Notes: generated from the letters alone by a model not told the origin. Shown: positions 1-6,903, numbered from the stretch's first letter. The stretch: DNA of 11,224 bases from Bdellovibrionota bacterium (GCA_044356455.1 JBIKWF010000129.1:1-11224); one strand, 5' to 3'. Program-made: numbers and translations.

Positions 1-841
1 TGTCGAACGTGATTGAATGACCAGAGGTATTTCCCACGGTAATCACTCGTCCTCCGCGGCGTACAGCCCAGAGTGAGTTTGAGAACGTGGCTGCGCCCAC
101 ATTATCAATGACAATATCTACTCCACGGCCCTTGGTGAGCTTCAGTATCTCAACGTGCCATTTTGGAGTGTCGCGATAGTTGATGACGTGCTGAGCCCCG
201 AGCGCAAGCGCTCGGTCGGCCTTTTCCTTGCTGCCGGCGAGTGCGTACACCGTTGCCCCCGCAGCTTTCGCGAGCGGAATGGTGAGAGAATTAACGCCGC
301 CTCCAGAGCCAACAACAAGTACGGACTCACCGGCGGTAAGCTTCGCGCGGCGAAAAAGCATACGCCAGCAGGTAGTGCCCACAAGAAGCGGGGCGCAGCC
401 ATCTTCAAAGCTCACGGTTTCGGGAAGCTTGAACACATTCTTAATAGGAACGGCAACATATTCGGCGAGGCCGCCCGGAATATGTTCACCAATAATGCGG
501 TACCCTGGGCTGAGGCTTTCTTCTCCGTTCCTGGTCCACTCGTCATCTGCCGTGCTAATTCCAGGATTTACAATGACGCGGTTACCGGGAGCCCAGTTAG
601 ACCCGTTATGAGAGGAGACTCCGTTCACGGAAACAATTTCGCCGGCAATATCACTGCCGCCGATATGGGGCATTTTTAGCTTAAGGTTTTCCCAACCTTT
701 ACGAACCCACACGTCGAGGTGATTAAGCGCTACCGCTTTGACGCGAATCAGGGCTTCGCCCGGGGCGGGAGTAGGATTCGGAAGATCTGCGTATTTGAGG
801 ACCTCAAGACCGCCGTGGTGTTCAAAGAAAATCGCTTTCAC
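1..841 (-). CDS. Medium-chain dehydrogenase/reductase (zinc-binding-ADH-like / quinone oxidoreductase-like family), 3' end beyond the window
   Basis: Translated by hand (absent from the ORF track because it has no stop in the window). GTG at 841, 6 nt after GAGGAGG. MKAIFFEHHGGLEVLKYADLPNPTPAPGEALIRVKAVALNHLDVWVRKG...PHIGGSDIAGEIV...GEHIPGGLAEYVAVP...GESVLVVGSGGGVNS...TKGRGVDIVIDNVG..., i.e. a GroES-like domain plus a Rossmann glycine-rich motif; open frame to position 2. Confidence 0.92.
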   Translation of the reverse strand, partial: MKAIFFEHHGGLEVLKYADLPNPTPAPGEALIRVKAVALNHLDVWVRKGWENLKLKMPHIGGSDIAGEIVSVNGVSSHNGSNWAPGNRVIVNPGISTADDEWTRNGEESLSPGYRIIGEHIPGGLAEYVAVPIKNVFKLPETVSFEDGCAPLLVGTTCWRMLFRRAKLTAGESVLVVGSGGGVNSLTIPLAKAAGATVYALAGSKEKADRALALGAQHVINYRDTPKWHVEILKLTKGRGVDIVIDNVGAATFSNSLWAVRRGGRVITVGNTSGHSITFD

Positions 842-868
842 TTACATCCTCCTCGTTCTTACCTTCCT

Positions 869-929
869 TAGGGTCTGTCCCGAAAAAATTCTCACCACTA
901 CAGGTGTGGCGACAACGGGACAAACTCCT
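869..929. repeat. Family-A palindromic miniature element (REP/MITE-like), copy 1
   Basis: TAGGGTCTGTCCCG...CGGGACAAACTCCT imperfect terminal inverted repeats; internal AAAAATTCT-CACCACTACA-GGTGTGG aligns with 6901-6966. Confidence 0.75.
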
Positions 930-949
930 CACCGAGTGCCGTAGCAAGT

Positions 950-1053
950 CTCTCGGTTGGATTTAGGTGTTTATAAACCAGAAGGGCTCCTGAGAATACA
1001 CCGAAATCTCCGTGAGCCCTGTGGTTCTTTAACGCTTTATTTAGACCACCGAG
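950..1053. repeat. Family-B 9-nt-period hairpin repeat, degenerate copy
   Basis: CTCCGTGAG-CCCTGTGGTT (1008-1026), AT-rich loop, GACCACCGAG (1044-1053); AACCAGAAGGGCTC (976-989) is also partly complementary to 1015-1026. Same grammar as 8490-8571. Confidence 0.55.
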
Positions 1054-1073
1054 ATTGCAGTGTCGGCCCTTAT

Positions 1074-2060
1074 TTAGGCTCGCGATGACTCAAATACTAT
1101 CATGGCCCAGTCGCCCCGTTCTTCGGTTCTCACTATCTTGAGGCCAGAAGCGCTGGCTTGATAGTGAGTCCGAACCCTCTCAAGCAGGGCAGCGGCGATG
1201 CCTGATACTATGAGGAGACCTCCCGGATTAACTTTCGCTGCAAGGTCTTCGGCTAGAGTTTCAAGTACCTCGGCATATAGATTCGCTACGATGAGATCGT
1301 AGCTACCTTGAAGGACCCCAAGTTCTCCCACGATGAGAGTAATGGATTCTTCGCGGCCATTCAGGGCGAGATTATCGCGCGCATTGCTTAAGGCGAGTGG
1401 GTCGATGTCAACCGCATCAACTGCAATCTCGAAACATTCGCAAATGCCTAAGGCGAGGATGCCGCTACCTGTGCCCACGTCTAACGCGCTCTTGGGCCAA
1501 GAAGGGCGCTTCTTGGCTTGCTGCGCAGCGTCATTCTGGAGGGCTTCCAGTATCATGGCCGTGGTGGGGTGATGCCCCGTTCCAAAACCAAATCCGGGGA
1601 TGAGCCTTAACTCGCGGGGTGGGCGAGGGGTTTGAGGAGCGGCTTCGAGGGAAAGCACTGGATTAAGAGTTAGCGTTCCCAGGCGCAGAGGTTGCCAAAC
1701 ATCGGAGCATTCCTGAACCCAGTTTCTGTCACCTACCACGTTTCGCTTACAGAGAACGAATCCAAAGCTTTCGGCGCAGGCAAGTAGCTGACTCTCGTTG
1801 ACGGTTCGAATTGAGCTTCCAATATTTGTGCCTGCGGCCGGACTCCCTGCGGTTGCCGGACTCTCTGAGGACAACTGTGAGCCCTCGGCCTTGAAGAAGC
1901 AGCGCACTCGGGAGTCTCTCTCTACGGTCGCTCCGGAGGCTCCGTGCTCGATGAGCATGGCCCCAAGATCTTCAGCGATGATTTCCGAGTTTTCTCCTCC
2001 GAACTGGGGACCAGGCCTAAAAAGGAGTTCTGACCACTGCCTTGAATCGCGATGCTCCAT
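1074..2060 (-). CDS. prmA: Ribosomal protein L11 methyltransferase
   Basis: PGFGFGTGHHPTT signature, SAM motif I LDVGTGSGIL, VDIDP, YDLIVANL, GGLLIVSGI and the linker NWVQECSDVWQP; RBS GGTGAGGA upstream of the ATG. Confidence 0.93.
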   Translation of the reverse strand: MEHRDSRQWSELLFRPGPQFGGENSEIIAEDLGAMLIEHGASGATVERDSRVRCFFKAEGSQLSSESPATAGSPAAGTNIGSSIRTVNESQLLACAESFGFVLCKRNVVGDRNWVQECSDVWQPLRLGTLTLNPVLSLEAAPQTPRPPRELRLIPGFGFGTGHHPTTAMILEALQNDAAQQAKKRPSWPKSALDVGTGSGILALGICECFEIAVDAVDIDPLALSNARDNLALNGREESITLIVGELGVLQGSYDLIVANLYAEVLETLAEDLAAKVNPGGLLIVSGIAAALLERVRTHYQASASGLKIVRTEERGDWAMIVFESSRA

Positions 2061-2229
2061 TACCAGTCCTCACCTTACCGCTAACTTGCTGGGTAGTCGT
2101 TATTATGGCGCGGGAGGCTAATAAGGGAAGGGGATGGAAGCGAAAAAGGAGGCCTAAAAGGGGGACTACGTATGGTCGCTCCTTGCCCTCAGCTGCCCCT
2201 CGCCCCCTACTGCACGTCGTGGGCTACTC

Positions 2230-2259
2230 TTCCCATAGGCGCAAGCTCGGCGGTATACT
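2230..2259 (+). promoter_or_regulatory. Possible sigma70-type promoter for the ferritin-like gene
   Basis: TTCCCA (2230-2235), 18-nt spacer, TATACT (2254-2259). Good -10, weak -35. Confidence 0.3.
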
Positions 2260-2283
2260 CTAAAGGATCGTGACTATATTGCA

Positions 2284-2313
2284 GGTATATGTCTCTACAG
2301 GGCACACTCCTAG
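2284..2313. repeat. Family-A element remnant (right end)
   Basis: GGTATATGTCTCTACAGGGCACACTCCTAG aligns with GGATTTATGTTTCTATGGGACACACTCCTAG at 6986-7016. Confidence 0.55.
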
Positions 2314-2336
2314 GGACTTCGCAGAAGGAGAATTGA

Positions 2337-2798
2337 ATGGAACAGAAAAAGAAGATTCAGAAAATCGTTGATGCGCTTCTTAAAGCCTATTGGATGGAGA
2401 TGGAGACGCTTCAGAATTATCTTGCCTGCTCCGCTAACCTCGATGGCGTGCGTGCCGAAGAAATTAAGAAGGCGCTCGCAGCTGACATTACCGTCGAGCT
2501 CGCGCATGCCCAGCAACTTACTAAGCGTATCCGGGTTCTCGGGGGCACGATTCCAGGAAGTTTTAGCTTTAAGGCGGAGCAGAAGTCTCTTCAGCCCCCT
2601 AAGCGTAGTACTGATGTTGCCACTGTCATTCGTGGCGTAATTGACGCGGAGGATGCGGCAATTAAGCAGTACAAGCATATCATTTCGCTTTGCGAGGGCT
2701 TGGATTATCCGACCCAAGATCTCTGCACGCAGATTCTTGGCGATGAAGAAGATCATCGCAGGGAGTTCGTAGGCTTCCTCTCAGAGTATGAGGACTAA
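2337..2798 (+). CDS. Ferritin-like di-iron four-helix-bundle protein (bacterioferritin/DPSL-related)
   Basis: 153 aa with the di-iron carboxylate pattern E (EMET..Y), ExxH (ELAH), RIxxLGG, E (DAED..Y) and ExxH (EEDH); RBS GAAGGAG. Lacks the haem-ligating Met of classical Bfr at the equivalent position (ITVELAH). Confidence 0.88.
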   Translation: MEQKKKIQKIVDALLKAYWMEMETLQNYLACSANLDGVRAEEIKKALAADITVELAHAQQLTKRIRVLGGTIPGSFSFKAEQKSLQPPKRSTDVATVIRGVIDAEDAAIKQYKHIISLCEGLDYPTQDLCTQILGDEEDHRREFVGFLSEYED

Positions 2799-2807
2799 GC
2801 CCCGCCT

Positions 2808-4964
2808 CTAGTCAGCCCGCGGTATGCCTGCAGCCGCACTTGAAGACGTGGTGCTGGAAGACTTGGTGTTAGAAGGCTCTAGGTCTTGCTGCGCTGAGCC
2901 TTCTTCTGATGCATGATTGTCTTGAGCAAAATCAGTGCTTCTACGGGTCTCAGAGTGTGGAATATCGGCGTTTCTTGTTTCTTGCGTCGCCAATCTTTTC
3001 GATAAGGGAGCCTTGGCTGAGTCAGGGGTGCGCGACTGAGCAAAACTTGACTGAGCAAAACTTGACTGAGCATAATTTGACTGAGCAAAACTTGTAGACC
3101 GAGACAGCGCCGCAGGAGAGAATCGAATTTGCGATGATGCCTCACCCGACAGATTCTGCCCTGAAGACAGCGGACGGCTCATCCTTGAAAAAGCCGAGGC
3201 TTCCGAAGCCCCACCCGACGAACCCGAGAGGCTCGCGCTGGTCGTTCCTTGACCCGTGGTTCGAACGTTGCGGTCGCGCTTAAGCTCTACGTAGCCACGC
3301 GTGAGGGTTGAGGAGCGGTATGGGTGAGTAGTCTGACTTAGTCCGCGTGATTCAAGGATAGCAAAGAGATGGTCTCTGCCCCGAGCCGCGAGTAGGGCGG
3401 CTTCATCGCTCGCTAAACCAAGCACGGTAGCGTAGTTGAACGGCCCATCGCACGCCAATTGTTGCAGTCCGAATGTTGAGCAAGAGGTAAGAAGCAGAGA
3501 GCGAAGCTTCGAGTCAGAGGCGCCCGTAATGGAGCGCCCAAGCGCGAGCGCTGCGTTTGCGCGTAGGGGATTCATGCGATCAGAGGCGAGAAGGAGTGCT
3601 CCTGCAGCTAGCAGGCAGCTCACGAAACTTGGGACTGCGCTAGGCGCACCGGAGCGGTCGTGTTTGAGTTCAGCTTCGCCCATCCCAAATCGCCCGAGAA
3701 CCGCAAGGGGAACTCTAATGACAAGTTCATGGCGCAGCTTCTGGCGTGGATTGCCAGTGAGGCTTGCTGAGCGAAGCCCGTCAGTAACAAATATGGCGCC
3801 TCGTTCCTTTTTGGAAGGATCGGTGCCTGCCACTTCGCTGGATGCTGCGCTAGGTACAGGATCAAGGAATAAGGCAAAGGGAATGCTGTCTATTGAAAGA
3901 CTGTAATCGCTAATTACGGATTCGGGGAACCCGAGTTCCTTAAGTGTTGCGGACAGAGGGATAGATCCCGTCTTAAGCGCGGGGCCAAGAACGGCAGACC
4001 AAAGCTCCCAAGCGTTCTCAAGGACAGGACGAGAGAAACGCTGGGCAGTCCCAAGCGAAAGGGGGCGCGTTTGGCGTGGAACCATGAAAATATCAGCGCC
4101 GGCAAACCAATCTGAGGGGCTCAGCCCCTGCCGGTTATGCAGCGCGAACATTTGCCCTGCGCCACGCAATTGGTCTGAAAATCCGAGGGCAACCACTTCT
4201 GTTCGAACTTCGCGGATGAAGTCTATGAGTAAGCGGCGGAGTTCTCTTTCGGACCACCTGAGCTGTAAGGGGAGGGGGAGTCGCGAGTAGATACTTTGAA
4301 CAAGCTCTCGCGTGTCGACAAGTCGTGCATACATGTCGAGATTGAGCCCGGCAGTATCTTCGCACTTTTCGAATTCGAGAGTCTGGAGAGTTTCCTCTCG
4401 CACGATGCCCCAGTCTCCAAAGTGGTGGGTGCGAGTTTGCTTCTTGCGGATAGGGCGTACAATTCCAAAGCCTTCGAGCACCACCGATCTTTCGGCTTGG
4501 GTGAAGTGAAGGAGTGCCGAGTTCAGTTCAAAGCGTAAAATCTCTCTCGTTTCAACGTCAAGCGCTTTGCGATGTTCTGTCGGAAGCCGGTTGTGAGACC
4601 TGGTCGAGGCAGTGCTCGCGTGCGTCGTGCGAGAGGCCTGAGTTGCTTGAGCCTGCGAAGCTTGACTCTGACCTTGACTCAGAGTGCTGTCGCGCTGTGA
4701 ATCAGCAAGCTGTGAATCAGCAAGCTGTGGTTCTGCAGGGTGGTGTTCTGTGCTCTGCGGATGGAGAGTTTGTGATCCAACTTGTGCAGAGGAATTCTCA
4801 GTCTGCGAAGCAGAAGTCGAATCAGCAGGGGATGAAACAGCAGTCGGCGATACTTCAGTTGACGAAGCTGATGGCGCATTGCTCAGCGCAGGTCGTTTCC
4901 CCTCGCCTTCGGTTCCCTCGAGGGAATCGTAATTCGAAGATGTGGAATCGTTCGATGAAAGCAT
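2808..4964 (-). CDS. 718-aa multidomain protein: disordered N-tail, two HU/IHF-like folds, SUFU-like domain, disordered C-tail
   Basis: Long ORF. aa 1-130 and ~565-718 are Ser/Gln/Ala-rich. aa ~135-200 SVVLEGFGIVR...LEFE and aa ~214-296 TRELVQSI...SERELRRLLIDFIREV...QLRGAGQMF resemble HU/IHF. aa ~318-552 FVTDGL...HELVIRV...SKLRSLLL...DGPFNYATVLGLASDE...TTHPYRSS resembles suppressor-of-fused. Domain calls by eye; exact start uncertain. Confidence 0.75.
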   Translation of the reverse strand: MLSSNDSTSSNYDSLEGTEGEGKRPALSNAPSASSTEVSPTAVSSPADSTSASQTENSSAQVGSQTLHPQSTEHHPAEPQLADSQLADSQRDSTLSQGQSQASQAQATQASRTTHASTASTRSHNRLPTEHRKALDVETREILRFELNSALLHFTQAERSVVLEGFGIVRPIRKKQTRTHHFGDWGIVREETLQTLEFEKCEDTAGLNLDMYARLVDTRELVQSIYSRLPLPLQLRWSERELRRLLIDFIREVRTEVVALGFSDQLRGAGQMFALHNRQGLSPSDWFAGADIFMVPRQTRPLSLGTAQRFSRPVLENAWELWSAVLGPALKTGSIPLSATLKELGFPESVISDYSLSIDSIPFALFLDPVPSAASSEVAGTDPSKKERGAIFVTDGLRSASLTGNPRQKLRHELVIRVPLAVLGRFGMGEAELKHDRSGAPSAVPSFVSCLLAAGALLLASDRMNPLRANAALALGRSITGASDSKLRSLLLTSCSTFGLQQLACDGPFNYATVLGLASDEAALLAARGRDHLFAILESRGLSQTTHPYRSSTLTRGYVELKRDRNVRTTGQGTTSASLSGSSGGASEASAFSRMSRPLSSGQNLSGEASSQIRFSPAALSRSTSFAQSNYAQSSFAQSSFAQSRTPDSAKAPLSKRLATQETRNADIPHSETRRSTDFAQDNHASEEGSAQQDLEPSNTKSSSTTSSSAAAGIPRAD
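3034..3093. repeat. In-frame 15-bp tandem repeat x4 (SFAQS/NYAQS)
   Basis: GACTGAGCAAAACTT x2, GACTGAGCATAATTT, GACTGAGCAAAACTT, within the C-tail of the 718-aa ORF. Confidence 0.95.
4694..4729. repeat. In-frame 15-bp tandem repeat x2.4 (QLADS)
   Basis: GCTGTGAATCAGCAA x2 plus GCTGTG, within the N-tail of the 718-aa ORF. Confidence 0.9.
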
Positions 4965-5131
4965 GGGGGAAGAGTGTCCTCTACTCGCTAAGCAAAAAAG
5001 AAAACAGAAATATGTTCAGGCCGAGAGTCTAGCAAAATTCTTAAAGACAAAAAATCAAAGTCAGAAATAACTTTCCTACGTAAACCAAGTTTCGCCGAGC
5101 CGTAGCATGCAAAGTGAGGGAATGCCCCAAG

Positions 5132-5277
5132 TTCTTGCGAGAGCGGGTCTCTCTCCTCTGACGAGTGGATCGCCATGGGGACGCGCAGTTTCTTAGTGCG
5201 TACAGTGCTTGCCTGCGCTCTCTGTCGGGGGCGACCGTTCGCCGCCCGGGTGCGCAGGATTTCCCGCCAGCCAGGAA
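5132..5277 (+). ncRNA. Candidate structured RNA (four-way junction), family unknown
   Basis: Closing helices 5132-5137/5272-5277 and 5143-5147/5263-5267 enclose three hairpins (5154-5181, ~5181-5201, 5212-5258); wobble pairs are G-U on the + strand. Confidence 0.3.
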
Positions 5278-5360
5278 TTAATTGCTACTAAAGTTTAAAG
5301 ATCGAAAACTTGCGAAGCCGCTCGGAAGCCAGGCTCGCCGAAGTCCTAAGGCGTAAGCGA

Positions 5361-5433
5361 CCCCGCGTTGTGAAATATTTTTCAATCAACGCGGAGAGCG
5401 CAGGGTACGCAGGGAAGCAGGGTACGCAGGGAA
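5361..5433. repeat. Family-B hairpin repeat (CGC variant) with a 17-bp tandem duplication
   Basis: CCGCGTTG-tgaaatatttttcaat-CAACGCGG followed by ~9-nt units AGCGCAGGG/TACGCAGGG; GCAGGGTACGCAGGGAA is exactly duplicated (5400-5416, 5417-5433). Lies downstream of trxA. Confidence 0.65.
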
Positions 5434-5481
5434 ATAGTTTTTCAGAGGCTCTTTAAGCGATCGCAGCTTAGGCGATGCAGC

Positions 5482-5811
5482 TTAGGCGATCGCCTTGTTT
5501 ATCGCTGCAACAAGAGTTTCTTTTGGAACTGCGCCCACGATCTGCTCAAGGACTTTGCCATTCTTGAAGATCACGAGATTTGGAATTCCACGAACATTGT
5601 AGCTCGAGGGGGTGCGAGGATTGTCATCCACGTTCATCTTGGTGACTTTGAGCTTTCCACCAAACTCTTTCGCGAGCTCTTCAAGAATAGGGGCAATGCT
5701 TTTGCAGGGGCCACACCAAGGTGCCCAAAAGTCGACTAGGGTTGGCACCGCTGATTGAAGAACATCAGCATCAAAAGAAGTGTCGGAAATTTCTTTAACA
5801 TTTTCAGACAT
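5482..5811 (-). CDS. trxA: Thioredoxin
   Basis: 109 aa; VDFWAPWCGPCK active site; VRGIP cis-Pro motif; GAVPK; RBS GAGG upstream. Confidence 0.97.
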   Translation of the reverse strand: MSENVKEISDTSFDADVLQSAVPTLVDFWAPWCGPCKSIAPILEELAKEFGGKLKVTKMNVDDNPRTPSSYNVRGIPNLVIFKNGKVLEQIVGAVPKETLVAAINKAIA

Positions 5812-5918
5812 TTGCTACCTCGTCAGATCACCTGAATAACAGGCCCATAGTCTAACATTCGGCTTGGGAGGCATGTCAACCGCTGGCGCTCGAGAAGGCT
5901 CGTTCACTCTTACTTTAA

Positions 5919-5975
5919 ATAACTTGAACCTTGGAATCGAGGGGCGCATCATAACTTTAAGTGGGTTGAAGTTAT
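5919..5975. promoter_or_regulatory. Candidate operator: ATAACTTnAA inverted repeat plus a third half-site
   Basis: ATAACTTTAA-GTGGG-TTGAAGTTAT (5951-5975) and ATAACTTGAA (5919-5928) in the divergent trxA / radical-SAM-like intergenic region. Confidence 0.4.
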
Positions 5976-6027
5976 AGCCAAGGGGGTACTGGTAGAAACA
6001 TTTACAAACCACGAGCGGAGCGAGCGT

Positions 6028-6903
6028 ATGAACATGAATGATACCGAGGTAAAGAAGCAGAAAACGTCGTTTCTAACCTTTACGGTTGATTCCTTTGCTG
6101 ACGGCATTGCCTTTGGTCAGCATCGCCTTGAAGCAGGACAGGACCCTCGCGATTTTTATGACCTCAAGGTAAGTAGCGAAGGGGAGGTGCCTCGGCTACG
6201 GAGCCGCTATGCGCTTCATAAGGCAAACCCACTCTGGGAGCTCGAGAAGGCACTCATGAGGCTCTCGCGCCAGGGAGTGCTCAGCTCTTCCACCATCCAT
6301 TTTGGGACCACCTCAGACCCGTTCTTCCCCTTCGAGGGCAAGTTCGATGCGAGCATGAAATTTCTGCAGCTTTTTGAGCGGTATACTCCAGGATTGCTGG
6401 TAGTGCAGACACGCTCGCCGCTTCTGGTAATTGCCATGCCAGTATTGAAAAAGCTCGGGAACAGAGCTGCGGTCACCATAGCCCTTGAGACTCCGCTCGA
6501 TGACATGGTTAAGCGGTATACCCCTGGATTTACGCGAGTAGAAGAGCGACTACGGGCGGCAACTGCCCTTAGACGATTTGGTGTCGAGGTAACTATGCAG
6601 GTTTCCCCAGTTCTGCCATACGGCGACTGGAAAAAGGATGCTGCTCCCTTTGCTCAGATGCTCGCCGACCACGGGGACTATGTTTATGTGAGGTCCATTA
6701 CCGATGGGTCACCAGATCGGGAGCGGCAGCTCAAAGCGTCCTCAGTTGGGAAGAGGCTCGCCCAAGACAGGAAGTTTCAGTGGCTAAGACCGGATTCGGC
6801 GAACCCTCTCATTACCGCACTAGAGGCGATCTGCCCGGATAAACTAAAAATTCCAGACCGCAAGCTGCACGAGAAGCGCCAATTATCGATTTTCGCGGCC
6901 TAG
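6028..6903 (+). CDS. SplB/COG1533-like radical-SAM-fold protein lacking the CxxxCxxC motif
   Basis: IHFGTTSDPFFPFE, VQTRSPLL, VTIALET, ERLRAATALRRFGVEVTMQVSPVLP match the core blocks of spore-photoproduct-lyase-like radical SAM proteins. Only one Cys in 291 aa; ends RQLSIFAA; GGAG 7 nt before the ATG. Confidence 0.78.
   Translation: MNMNDTEVKKQKTSFLTFTVDSFADGIAFGQHRLEAGQDPRDFYDLKVSSEGEVPRLRSRYALHKANPLWELEKALMRLSRQGVLSSSTIHFGTTSDPFFPFEGKFDASMKFLQLFERYTPGLLVVQTRSPLLVIAMPVLKKLGNRAAVTIALETPLDDMVKRYTPGFTRVEERLRAATALRRFGVEVTMQVSPVLPYGDWKKDAAPFAQMLADHGDYVYVRSITDGSPDRERQLKASSVGKRLAQDRKFQWLRPDSANPLITALEAICPDKLKIPDRKLHEKRQLSIFAA

Noticed and set aside
842..847. ATG-TAA minimal ORF between the Shine-Dalgarno and the GTG start of the MDR gene
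   Set aside because: The ATG abuts GAGGAGG with zero spacing, so initiation there is unlikely; the GTG is at a normal 6-nt spacing.
142..944. ORF-track entries 142..408 (-), 155..679 (+), 228..611 (+) and 738..944 (+)
   Set aside because: Shadow frames of the real MDR gene (841 to <1, -), which has family motifs and an RBS.
5158..5181. CTGACGA followed by a short hairpin, resembling a hammerhead ribozyme core
   Set aside because: The required GAAA after stem II is absent (GGGGAC follows), and no stem I/III with a cleavage triplet can be built.
4988..6012. Small intergenic ORFs 4988..5176 (-) and 5815..6012 (-)
   Set aside because: Short, with no recognisable motifs or convincing RBS, and they span probable promoter or structured regions.
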